Positions 29,108 to 40,764 of a stretch of 64,000 nt of DNA are shown here, piece by piece; the stretch's first letter is position 1, and each line of letters begins with the position of its first letter. The position numbers and the translations under genes are program-made. The notes under the pieces were generated by a model, which saw nothing but the letters and a program-made list of their open reading frames with translations, did not search any database and was not told where the DNA came from. Source of the stretch: Candidatus Oxydemutatoraceae bacterium (GTDB lineage Bacteria; Pseudomonadota; Gammaproteobacteria; Poriferisulfidales; Oxydemutatoraceae); the NCBI GenBank assembly GCA_965220085.1, contig CBDCOZ010000003.1, positions 1,088,001-1,152,000 of the forward strand. Direction: 5' to 3'.

Positions 29108-30067
29108 ATGCAACATCATATTGACTATTTGGACTTTGAGCAACCGATCGCGGAGATTGACCTTAAATTGGAAGAACTCAAGCGCTTATCCGGCAACGAC
29201 GATTTGAATCTGGATCGCGAAATTGCGCAACTGGAAAAGAAGCGCGAGAAACTGGTTACCAATATCTATTCAAATTTGAGCGAATGGCAAATCGTCCGCA
29301 TTGCCCGTCATCCCAAGCGTCCGCACACCTCCGATTATATCGAACGCCTGATGACTGACTTTGAGGAACTGCACGGCGACCGGCAGTACGCCGATGACGC
29401 GTCCGTCATCGCCGGTATCGGCCGTCTCGGCGAGCGCTCTGTGGCGGTCGTCGGCCATCAGAAGGGGCGCGATACGGATGAAAAGATCCGGCGCAATTTC
29501 GGCATGCCGAGGCCGGAAGCCTATCGCAAAGCGGCGCGCATCTTTCGCCTTGCCGAACGTTTCGCGATGCCGATCATAACCTTTGTCGATACCCCGGGCG
29601 CGTATCCGGGGATTGACGCGGAAGAGAGAAACCAGAGCGCTGCGATTGCCGAGAACCTGCGCCTGATGTCCGCGCTGGAAGCGCCGATTATCAGCGTGGT
29701 AATCGGCGAGGGCGGTTCCGGCGGCGCATTGGCGATTGCGGTGTGCGATTACCTGTTCATGTTGCAGCACAGCATCTATTCGGTCATCTCCCCCGAAGGT
29801 TGCGCCTCTATTCTGTGGAAGAGCGCGGACAAAGCCGCTCAGGCCGCTCAGGCCATGTCGATCACATCGGACAAGCTGAAACAGTTGGAACTGGTTGACG
29901 AAATTGTCCCGGAGCCGCTCGGCGGCGCGCATTGCGATGCGGATAGCGCTTGCGCCCTGTTGCGGCCGCTCTTGCGCAAACAACTGGACAGCTTGTCGGA
30001 AATGCCCATTGATAAGTTGCTTGAGAGGCGTTACGAGCGCCTCACCGATGTCGGCCGCTTTAAGTAA
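29108..30067 (+). CDS. accA: Acetyl-CoA carboxylase carboxyltransferase alpha subunit
   Basis: YLDFEQPI, ARHPxRP, RNFGMPRPE, DTPGAYPGIxAEERNQS, GEGGSGGA. Confidence 0.98.
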   Translation: MQHHIDYLDFEQPIAEIDLKLEELKRLSGNDDLNLDREIAQLEKKREKLVTNIYSNLSEWQIVRIARHPKRPHTSDYIERLMTDFEELHGDRQYADDASVIAGIGRLGERSVAVVGHQKGRDTDEKIRRNFGMPRPEAYRKAARIFRLAERFAMPIITFVDTPGAYPGIDAEERNQSAAIAENLRLMSALEAPIISVVIGEGGSGGALAIAVCDYLFMLQHSIYSVISPEGCASILWKSADKAAQAAQAMSITSDKLKQLELVDEIVPEPLGGAHCDADSACALLRPLLRKQLDSLSEMPIDKLLERRYERLTDVGRFK

Positions 30068-30088
30068 GCGCGCCCCCCCGCAGGCAAT

Positions 30089-31423
30089 ATGATGAGCGAT
30101 AAAAACAAACTTGTCGATCGCGACCGAGCGCTCGCTTTCCCGCACCCGACATCCCCGAAAGAATTTATTGCCGCCGCGTTTAAGCGGCTGCAAGATGTGT
30201 TGCTGCTGACGCACAGCAAACGCATCGTGCTGGCTTATAGCGGCGGGTTGGATTCCAATGTGTTGCTGGATGTGCTCCGGCGTTTTGCGCGCGAGCAAGC
30301 GCCCGCGCTTGAGTTGCTTGCGGTACATATCAATCACGGCATCAGCGACGATGCCGATCGCTGGCAAGCGGCTTGCGAGAGCCGGGCGGCGCGGCTCGGA
30401 GTGCCGCTGGTGACAGAGCGCATTGAGATACCGCACAGCGCCAATGTTGAAGCGATTGCGCGCGAACATCGTTATCGCGCGCTCAGACGGCATCTCGTTG
30501 CAAACTCTGTGTTGTGCGCGGCACACCATCGCGCCGATCAGGCGGAAACCGTATTGCTCCGCCTCCTGCGCGGCGCCGGGCCGGCGGGTCTCTCGGCGAT
30601 GGCGGGCATATCGCGCTTTGCCCCCGGCTGGTTGGCGAGACCGTTGCTCGACCAGTCGCGCGATACGATTCGCGCCTACGCGCAGGCCGAAAACATCAAC
30701 TGGTCGGAGGATGAAAGCAATCGCAACACGGATTACTCGCGCAACCACATTCGCCGCCGAGTCATGCCGTTGCTCAAAACAAAGTGGCCCGGGTGCGATG
30801 CGACCCTCGCGCGGGCGGCGCGTCACCAGTCCGCGGCACAGGCAACCCTTGAAGCCGAAAGCCGGCGTTGGTTGGGCCGCTGTCTGGTCGGGAAAATGCT
30901 ATCGCGCAAAGCCTGTCGCGCGGTGCCTGCGATACGCCGCAATCCGGTTTTGCGAGCGTGGATCACATCGCATGGCGTCGCCGCGCCCGATGAGCAAAAG
31001 CTCATGACTCTGTGGCATAAGCTGATTGCGGGCGATGCGCAAAACGGAGCGGCGGTTGCGTGGTCCGGAGTGACGTTTCGTTTTTATCGCGGTTTGTTGT
31101 ACTTGGCAAAGATGCCCGAACACAAGGCCCCGCAAGACGACATCCGCTGGCAACGCGGCGCCGATATCAAAGTTCCCGAGCTCGGCATAACGCTTTATTG
31201 GCGTGATCTTGTGCGCCAAGCGCCGGAGTTGGAAAAGAGCGATGTCAGCCTGCGCTTTCGCAGCGGCAATGAGCTCTGCGGATACGCCGGCGGATGCCGC
31301 CGCCGCAGCTTGAAGAAACTCTTCCAGCAGAACGGAATTCCGCCGTGGGAGAGAAAGAACATACCGCTGATATATGCCGACGACAAACTCCGCCTGGTAT
31401 GGAATGTGGCGAGTTGCAAATGA
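30089..31423 (+). CDS. tilS: tRNA(Ile)-lysidine synthetase
   Basis: SGGLDS PP-loop, HxxDQAET, RNHIR, C-terminal LKKLFQ..IPPWER; follows accA. Confidence 0.95.
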   Translation: MMSDKNKLVDRDRALAFPHPTSPKEFIAAAFKRLQDVLLLTHSKRIVLAYSGGLDSNVLLDVLRRFAREQAPALELLAVHINHGISDDADRWQAACESRAARLGVPLVTERIEIPHSANVEAIAREHRYRALRRHLVANSVLCAAHHRADQAETVLLRLLRGAGPAGLSAMAGISRFAPGWLARPLLDQSRDTIRAYAQAENINWSEDESNRNTDYSRNHIRRRVMPLLKTKWPGCDATLARAARHQSAAQATLEAESRRWLGRCLVGKMLSRKACRAVPAIRRNPVLRAWITSHGVAAPDEQKLMTLWHKLIAGDAQNGAAVAWSGVTFRFYRGLLYLAKMPEHKAPQDDIRWQRGADIKVPELGITLYWRDLVRQAPELEKSDVSLRFRSGNELCGYAGGCRRRSLKKLFQQNGIPPWERKNIPLIYADDKLRLVWNVASCK

Positions 31424-31447
31424 TTGCCGTTTCCGCCGCCGCAATAG

Positions 31448-33927
<2,480 letters not shown>

Positions 33928-33948
33928 GCCGAAGAAAACTTAGAAACT

Positions 33949-35238
33949 ATGAAAGCTATTTCTGACATCCGGGCGCGCGAGATCATTGACTCGCGCGGTA
34001 ACCCGACGGTTGAAGCCGATGTGATCGTCGGCGATGTATGCGGTCGCGCGGCGGTTCCGTCCGGCGCGTCAACGGGCGCGCTGGAGGCGATCGAGTTGCG
34101 CGACGGGGATGCCGCGCGCTTCAAAGGCAAAGGGGTTCTCAAGGCGGTTGATAATGTCAATACGAAGATTCGGGATGCGTTGGTCGGCACGGACATAGAC
34201 GATCAGGCGGCGATTGACCGCGCGATGATCGCTTTGGACGGCAGCAAAGACAAGGGGCGACTCGGCGCGAATGCCGTGCTTGCCGTATCGCTTGCGGCAG
34301 CAAAAGCCGCCGCGGCGCTGCGCTCGGTTCCCCTTTATCGCCATCTTGCCGACGGCAGGCAACCGCTGTTGCCGGCGCCGTTAATCAATATCCTGAACGG
34401 CGGGTCTCACGCCGACAACAGCGTTGACTTGCAAGAATTCATGATTGTGCCGGTCGGCGCGGGAAGTTTCGGCGATGCGGTTCGGGCGGGCGCGGAAGTG
34501 TTTGCTTCTTTGCGCGGCATTCTCAAGAAGCAAGGGCTTAGCACGGCGGTGGGCGACGAAGGGGGCGTCGCGCCCAACCTGCCGTCTAATGAATCCGCGA
34601 TCGATATCATTTTGGAAGCGATTCAGGTTGCGGGTTATTCGCCCGGGAAGGACATATGGCTTGCGTTGGATGTGGCCAGTTCGGAATTCTTTGCCGACGG
34701 CAAGTACCATCTGCAATCCGAAAATGCGCAATACAGCGCCGCCGAATTCGTTGACTACCTGGCTGACTGGGTCGGGAAATATCCGATTTTATCGATTGAA
34801 GACGCCCTGTCCGAGACCGACTGGGACGGTTGGAAACTATTGACCGAAAAGCTCGGGGACAAGGCACAGCTTGTCGGTGACGATTTGTTTGTGACCAATG
34901 TCGATTTGATCAAGAAAGGCATCGATATGGGAGTCGCCAATTCGGTTTTGGTCAAGCCGAACCAAATCGGCACCTTGACCGAGACGCTGGAGGCAATCGC
35001 GATTGCGACGGAAGCCGCCTACAGCTGTGTTATTTCTCATCGCTCGGGCGAGACGGAGGACGTAACGATTGCGGACTTTGCGGTAGCGAGCGCGGTCGGT
35101 CAGATCAAAACAGGTTCCCTTTCCCGTACCGATCGGGTGGCGAAATACAATCAACTCCTGCGCATAGAAGAAGAACTCGGCGCGGCTGCCCGCTTTGAGC
35201 CGGCGCAAGTGTTCAAGCGGTTTCTGCGCTCACATTAA
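33949..35238 (+). CDS. eno: Enolase
   Basis: [53 protein letters not shown]. Confidence 0.99.
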   Translation: MKAISDIRAREIIDSRGNPTVEADVIVGDVCGRAAVPSGASTGALEAIELRDGDAARFKGKGVLKAVDNVNTKIRDALVGTDIDDQAAIDRAMIALDGSKDKGRLGANAVLAVSLAAAKAAAALRSVPLYRHLADGRQPLLPAPLINILNGGSHADNSVDLQEFMIVPVGAGSFGDAVRAGAEVFASLRGILKKQGLSTAVGDEGGVAPNLPSNESAIDIILEAIQVAGYSPGKDIWLALDVASSEFFADGKYHLQSENAQYSAAEFVDYLADWVGKYPILSIEDALSETDWDGWKLLTEKLGDKAQLVGDDLFVTNVDLIKKGIDMGVANSVLVKPNQIGTLTETLEAIAIATEAAYSCVISHRSGETEDVTIADFAVASAVGQIKTGSLSRTDRVAKYNQLLRIEEELGAAARFEPAQVFKRFLRSH

Positions 35239-35247
35239 TCTCTGTTG

Positions 35248-36357
35248 ATGCCTGCCAGCCCTATTCCCGATATTGTAGAAGCGATTCGCGCCGGGCGTCC
35301 GGTCATCGTGCTCGATGACGAAGGGCGCGAAAATGAAGGCGATTTGATAGTCGCCGCCGAGTTGGCGACTCCGGAGCATATCAATTTTATGTCCAAGCAC
35401 GGGCGCGGCTTAATCTGTTTGGCATTGAGCAGCGAGCGCTGCGACTATCTCAATCTGCCGCTGATGGTCAAGGACACCGATTTTCACAAGACGACGAACT
35501 TTACCGTATCGATCGAAGCGTGCAAGGGCGTCACCACGGGCATCTCGGCGCAAGATCGCGCGCATACGATTCGGGTTGCCACCGCCGCCGATACGCAGCC
35601 CGAAGATATCACCCAACCGGGGCATGTGTTCCCGCTGATGGAGCAGCCCGGCGGAGTATTGGCGCGTGCCGGTCATACCGAGGCGGGTTGTGATTTGGCG
35701 CGACTTGCCGGTTTCGGGCCGGCGGCGGTGATTGTTGAGATTCTTAACGATGATGGCAGCATGGCGCGGCGTCCCGAGCTTGAAACTTTTGCCCGCGAGC
35801 ACGATCTCAAGATTTGTACCGTGGAGGACTTGATCCGTTATCGCATTGAGCACGGGAAGACCGTAGTATCGCTTCTGTCCGCACCGGTAAAGACGCAATA
35901 CGGCGAATTTGTATTGCATGCGTATGACGATCTGGCTAATCGGGTTGTACATCTCGCTTTAGTTAAAGGAAATATAAAAAGGAATGAGCCGACTCTGGTG
36001 CGGGTGCATGTGGAAAACGCTTTATACGATGCGTTTGGCATAATCGCACCGCAACCGAGATGGTCAATAGAGAGCGTTATGCAATATGTTTCCAAACAAG
36101 ACTGCGCATCAGCAGTTGTTTTTCTGCGTTTGCCGGAGAGCGACGGTGAGATTCGCAACCGCCTCTCGACAATTGCATCAAAAGAGCGACAGCAAGCGGA
36201 TGATAACAATGAAAGGGAGCGTTGGACGCTGGGTATCGGCAGCCAGATTTTGAATGAACTCGGCGTCGGCAAGATGCGCTTGATGAGCACGCCGCAAAAG
36301 TTTCACGGCCTCGGCGGCTTCGGCTTATCGGTGGAAAGTTATGTCAAAGAAGCATAA
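35248..36357 (+). CDS. ribB: 3,4-dihydroxy-2-butanone-4-phosphate synthase fused to a degenerate GTP cyclohydrolase II-like domain (RibBX type)
   Basis: DDEGRENEGD, FTVSIE, TTGISAxDR, RAGHTEA; the C-domain reads RVHVEN and lacks the RibA zinc-binding Cys motif. Confidence 0.93.
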   Translation: MPASPIPDIVEAIRAGRPVIVLDDEGRENEGDLIVAAELATPEHINFMSKHGRGLICLALSSERCDYLNLPLMVKDTDFHKTTNFTVSIEACKGVTTGISAQDRAHTIRVATAADTQPEDITQPGHVFPLMEQPGGVLARAGHTEAGCDLARLAGFGPAAVIVEILNDDGSMARRPELETFAREHDLKICTVEDLIRYRIEHGKTVVSLLSAPVKTQYGEFVLHAYDDLANRVVHLALVKGNIKRNEPTLVRVHVENALYDAFGIIAPQPRWSIESVMQYVSKQDCASAVVFLRLPESDGEIRNRLSTIASKERQQADDNNERERWTLGIGSQILNELGVGKMRLMSTPQKFHGLGGFGLSVESYVKEA

Positions 36358-36823
36358 GGAACATAACGCGCTGCCCGACGGCAGCGGCCTGCATATCGCT
36401 ATCGTTGCGGCCAAATACAACCGCAAGATAACCGATGCGATGGTTGCGAGCGCCGAGCATGCTTTGGCAGCGCGCAAAGTCGCGCGCACGGAGGTATGGC
36501 GTGTCCCGGGTGTTTTTGAGATTCCTTTGGCGGTACGGCAGTTGCTCAAAGATAAGGGCTGCGACGGGGTCGTCGCGCTCGGTTGTGTGATTCGCGGTGA
36601 GACCGCGCATTTTGATCAGATCGTTTCATCCTGCACGCGCGGCATACAAAAGGTGTCGCTTGATTCGGGCATTCCTGTCGGGCACGGTATCTTAGCGGTT
36701 GAAAACGAAGCGCAAGCTTTGGTGCGCTGTCAAGCGGGCGGTGATCACGACCGTGCCGCCGAAGCGGCTGTGGCGGTTTTGGAACTCGCCCGCCTGTTCA
36801 AGGAAATGCCGAATGGCGGATGA
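36341..36823 (+). CDS. ribH: Lumazine synthase
   Basis: VPGVFEIP, LGCVIRGETAHF, PVGHGIL. Confidence 0.96.
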   Translation: MSKKHKEHNALPDGSGLHIAIVAAKYNRKITDAMVASAEHALAARKVARTEVWRVPGVFEIPLAVRQLLKDKGCDGVVALGCVIRGETAHFDQIVSSCTRGIQKVSLDSGIPVGHGILAVENEAQALVRCQAGGDHDRAAEAAVAVLELARLFKEMPNGG

Positions 36824-38186
36824 TCGGCAAGAATTCTTTCATGCCCGCAGCCGCGCCCGGCGGCTTGCGATGCAGGCGCTATACCAATGGCAGATTACGG
36901 CGGGTGATATCAATGAGATTGCCAAGCAGTTTGAGAGCGACGACGGCTACGACAAGGTCAATCAGAAGCATTTTCAAGCGTTGCTGCATGCAGCCGCGCA
37001 GCGGGAATTTGATACGCAGATTGAAGCCTGCATGGATGTCTCTATTAAGAAACTTGACCCGATTGAATGGGCGATTATTTGCAATGCGGCATATGAGATT
37101 ACCCACTGTGATGATATTGACGCTGCTGTCGCCATTACCGAAGCAGTCCGGCTGGCAAAGAAGTTCGGCGGAGAGAACAGCTACAAATTTGTTAACGGTG
37201 TGCTGAACAAACTTGCGGGGCGACAATCGTCGGCAAGTGAGGAAAATCTGATAAAAAAGTACTTTGAAAAGGCCTGTGGTGAAGAGGTCGCACTTGGCAT
37301 CGGCGATGACGCCGCTGTCATAAGCGGTATTCGCGACAATCTGCTTGTGTCAACCGATACCATGGTGGAAGGGGTGCACTTTGAGAAAGAAGATGATGCG
37401 AGCGATGTGGGATACAAAGCGCTGGCTGCCGCCCTGAGTGATTTGGCCGCGATGGGTGCGGATCCTAAGTGGGCCCTGCTCGCTGTGAGTTTGCCACAAG
37501 CGGACGAGCAATGGATTGAACGCTTTGCCGATGGTTTTTTCACAGTGGCAAAAAAGTATGGAGTGGACTTGATTGGCGGCGATACGACACGCGGCCCTTT
37601 GACCATCACCGTGCAAGTGCTTGGAGTGGCACAGTCAAAATATATGACCCGTGGTAGTGCGCAGAGCGGTCAGGGTGTTTATGTGACCGGTGCGGTAGCG
37701 GCGATAGCTTTGGCCGCCCTGCATGCGGATGAGATATCAAAGTGCGGGGCACAGTCGATGGCGCAGTGTCTGGAAAGACAGAAGCGGCCTGATCCGCGTA
37801 TTGATGCGGGGAAAATTATTGCTCAGTATGCGAGCGCGGCAACTGATACATCGGACGGATTGCTAATAGACCTTACGCATATATTGTCGGCAAGCGGAGT
37901 CGGTGCGACCGTTGAAATACAGAATCTGCCATTTGTTGATGGCTACCAACAGTGTTGCTCTGATATCGGCGGCATCCTTGAAATATTAACTTATGGCGGG
38001 GATTTTGAATTGCTGTTTGCGATGGATGAGAAACATTATCCCGACTTGCAGAAGGCATTGTCTGAGGTATCAATCACAGCAACACAAATTGCCACCATAG
38101 AAGACGCTTCCGGCTTGCGTTGCACCTTCAATGGTGAAGCTGTCACGTTGCCGGACCCGCTTGGATATGACCACTTCCGGCGGTAA
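36813..38186 (+). CDS. nusB-thiL: NusB-ThiL fusion (antitermination factor + thiamine-monophosphate kinase)
   Basis: RSRARRLAMQALYQW...EAVRLAKKFG..SYKFVNGVL runs without a stop into EENLIKKYF..GIGDDAA..DTMVEGVHF..SDLAAMGA..GGDTT..DTSDGL..GYDHF. Confidence 0.88.
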   Translation: MADDRQEFFHARSRARRLAMQALYQWQITAGDINEIAKQFESDDGYDKVNQKHFQALLHAAAQREFDTQIEACMDVSIKKLDPIEWAIICNAAYEITHCDDIDAAVAITEAVRLAKKFGGENSYKFVNGVLNKLAGRQSSASEENLIKKYFEKACGEEVALGIGDDAAVISGIRDNLLVSTDTMVEGVHFEKEDDASDVGYKALAAALSDLAAMGADPKWALLAVSLPQADEQWIERFADGFFTVAKKYGVDLIGGDTTRGPLTITVQVLGVAQSKYMTRGSAQSGQGVYVTGAVAAIALAALHADEISKCGAQSMAQCLERQKRPDPRIDAGKIIAQYASAATDTSDGLLIDLTHILSASGVGATVEIQNLPFVDGYQQCCSDIGGILEILTYGGDFELLFAMDEKHYPDLQKALSEVSITATQIATIEDASGLRCTFNGEAVTLPDPLGYDHFRR

Positions 38187-38676
38187 ATATCAGTGGATGC
38201 GTGACCCCGATATAAAATTTCTCTTCAGCAATCCGGTGCATTGGGTATCCCTCGGTCTCGGTGCCGGATTATCGCCTGTCGCCCCGGGTACTTTGGGCAC
38301 CGTGGTCGGCGTCGGGCTGTACTTTCTTGTCTCCGAGTGGTCATTACCACTTTACTTGCTTCTCGTTGCGGTATTATTCTTTGCAGGTTGTCTCGCAGCC
38401 GGTTTCACTTCCCGTAAGTTGGGAGCCCATGACCACGGGAGCATTGTAATCGATGAGATTGTCGGTATGCTGCTGGCATTAGCCCACTGTCCGGCGGGCC
38501 TTGGCTGGGTGTTGCTCGCTTTTTTGCTATTCCGCGCTCTGGATATTTTGAAACCGTGGCCGATAGGGGTTATCGACCGGCGCGCGCCCGGCGGCGCGGG
38601 CATCATGCTTGATGATTTGGCGGCGGGCGCCTATGCTTTGATCGCAATTCAAACAGCAAATTTTCTGACCGCATGA
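38167..38676 (+). CDS. pgpA: Phosphatidylglycerophosphatase A (start 38167 or 38197)
   Basis: GLSPVAPGTLGT, DHGSIVIDEIVG, FRxLDILKPWPI, GIMLDDLAAG. Confidence 0.95.
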   Translation: MTTSGGKYQWMRDPDIKFLFSNPVHWVSLGLGAGLSPVAPGTLGTVVGVGLYFLVSEWSLPLYLLLVAVLFFAGCLAAGFTSRKLGAHDHGSIVIDEIVGMLLALAHCPAGLGWVLLAFLLFRALDILKPWPIGVIDRRAPGGAGIMLDDLAAGAYALIAIQTANFLTA

Positions 38677-40076
38677 GTAACGCCGACAATATCCGCACCC
38701 GTTTCGCGCCCAGCCCGACCGGCTTCTTGCATATAGGCGGCGCGCGCACGGCGCTTTTCTCATGGCTTTATGCGCGTCATCACGGCGGCTCTTTTGTGCT
38801 TCGCATAGAGGACACGGACGAAGCGCGTTCCAGTCCGGAGTTGAGCCGCAGCATACTGGAGGCATTGGCATGGCTTGGCATCGACCACGATGAGGAAGTG
38901 ATCTATCAGAGCGAGCGGCGCGCGCGTTATGCCGAAGCGGTCACACAGTTACTGGACGAAGGCAAAGCCTATCGCTGCTATTGCACCCGCTCCGAATTGG
39001 AAGCGCTGCGCGCCGAACAGATAGCCGCCAAACAAAAGCCGCGCTATGACGGCCGCTGCCGCACCCGCGCTTCGCCGCGACCGGGCGTTGATCCGGTTAT
39101 TCGTTTTATCACCCCGCGGCAAGGTAGCGTCGTATTTGATGACCGCGTGCGCGGGCGCGTACAAACGGAGAATGCGGAACTCGATGATCTCGTTATCATG
39201 CGCGCCGACGGCGCGCCGACCTATAACTTTTCCGTTGTGATTGACGATGCGGATATGCGAATCAGCCATGTCGTGCGGGGCGATGACCACCTCAGCAACA
39301 CCCCGCGCCAGATTCATATCCAAAAGGCTCTTGCCATCGCGCAACCGGCCTATGCGCATTTGCCGATGATTCTGGATGCGGACGGCAAGCGCATGTCAAA
39401 GCGGGACGGCGCGATCAGCGTCGAATATTACCGCGAGCGCGGTTATCTGCCGCAAGCCTTGCTCAATTATCTGGTGCGTTTAGGGTGGTCGCGCGGCAAT
39501 CAGGAAATATTTTCATTGCAGGAGATGATCGATTGTTTTGACTTGGGCGCAGTCAGCTCTTCGGCTGCCGCTGTCAACCCGGATAAACTGGACTGGCTCA
39601 ACTCGCACTACCTGAATGAGATGCCGATTGACGAGTTGGTTGATTCATTTACCGCACAGCTCAATGTGCTTGGCTGGGATACGGCGGGAGGGCCGTCACC
39701 CGCTACGGTTATCCCGCTATTGCGCGAACGATATAAAACCGTCGTCGCAATGGCCGAGGGCAGCCAATTTCTTTATTGCGATGAGGCGGGGAGCGATGGC
39801 CGGGACGCAAGCCGGTATCTGACGCCCGACACGCGTCGGTTGCTTGAATACGCGTTGTCCGAGTTTGCAAAAGTTGATTGCTGGCAAGAGGACGCCTTGA
39901 AGCGGACGCTCAAATCCATTCTGGCGACGTTGGATATCGGCATGGGAAAACTGGGCAAGCCTTTGCGTGCTATTTTGACCGCCGGCGCGGCCGCTCCCGA
40001 CCTGGCGCTGACGATGGAGTGGATTGGCAAGCGCCGTTGTCTGGCCCGCATTGCGGCGGCTCTCAAAGAGCGCTAA
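38673..40076 (+). CDS. gltX: Glutamate--tRNA ligase
   Basis: RFAPSPTGFLHIGG, LRIEDTD, RGDDHLSNT, RMSKR. Confidence 0.97.
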   Translation: MSNADNIRTRFAPSPTGFLHIGGARTALFSWLYARHHGGSFVLRIEDTDEARSSPELSRSILEALAWLGIDHDEEVIYQSERRARYAEAVTQLLDEGKAYRCYCTRSELEALRAEQIAAKQKPRYDGRCRTRASPRPGVDPVIRFITPRQGSVVFDDRVRGRVQTENAELDDLVIMRADGAPTYNFSVVIDDADMRISHVVRGDDHLSNTPRQIHIQKALAIAQPAYAHLPMILDADGKRMSKRDGAISVEYYRERGYLPQALLNYLVRLGWSRGNQEIFSLQEMIDCFDLGAVSSSAAAVNPDKLDWLNSHYLNEMPIDELVDSFTAQLNVLGWDTAGGPSPATVIPLLRERYKTVVAMAEGSQFLYCDEAGSDGRDASRYLTPDTRRLLEYALSEFAKVDCWQEDALKRTLKSILATLDIGMGKLGKPLRAILTAGAAAPDLALTMEWIGKRRCLARIAAALKER

Positions 40077-40091
40077 GCGGCGCCCGGATCA

Positions 40092-40721
40092 TCATTCGCC
40101 ATCGTCCTCAACCGCCGTGATATATGCCAGAATGCCGATGGCGGGATGATCCAGATAATGCAACTCGCCCTCACCCAGTATCTTTTTGATGTGGATTGAG
40201 ATCGGGGATCTCTGACCCGACAAAGAATCGGTTAATTGGGGTTCTTTTTCAAACGATGCATCGTATTGGAAATCAAGCCGCAATTGAAAATAACGTTCGT
40301 AACTGGCCCACGCTATTCCCTTTAACAACCCTTTGACCGGTTCGGGCACGATATTGATATGTTTCGCCTGCGCCCGGGAGTAGGGCGGCTGTTGCCAGAC
40401 GATGTGATACAAGACCTCAAACTGATCCGAGTCCTCAAACTTTTGTGCCTCTGCGTTCAGATGAAACCGGCTCGTGTCCGCAACGATATGCGTTTCGCTG
40501 TCTGATGACGCTTTGAATATATCAAGCGCCGCCTGTTGCAAGCGGTACTCAAGGTTCGGGTTGATTACCTTCTCCAGTTGATCCAACTGCGTGTCAGAGT
40601 GCTTTACGATTAACAATTCAAGCTGATATGCTTTTGCCGCTTCTTGTGCGGTTGACGGAACTGAGAGTACGCTCAAAACGAGGAGCAACGCCGATAGGTA
40701 TTTCTTGCCGGGCTTTGTCAT
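40092..40721 (-). CDS. Secreted CsiV-like peptidoglycan-binding protein
   Basis: Signal peptide, YQLELLI, VLYHxxWQQP, ELHYLDHPAIGIL; lies directly downstream of mfd, as csiV-like genes often do. Confidence 0.75.
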   Translation of the reverse strand: MTKPGKKYLSALLLVLSVLSVPSTAQEAAKAYQLELLIVKHSDTQLDQLEKVINPNLEYRLQQAALDIFKASSDSETHIVADTSRFHLNAEAQKFEDSDQFEVLYHIVWQQPPYSRAQAKHINIVPEPVKGLLKGIAWASYERYFQLRLDFQYDASFEKEPQLTDSLSGQRSPISIHIKKILGEGELHYLDHPAIGILAYITAVEDDGE

Positions 40722-40764
40722 GTGTTTATTGTAATGCGTGTGTCCAATCCGTGCCAGCGGTGAT

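Noticed and set aside
29270-30826. 518-aa minus-strand ORF
   Set aside because: Antisense to the well-supported accA and tilS genes.
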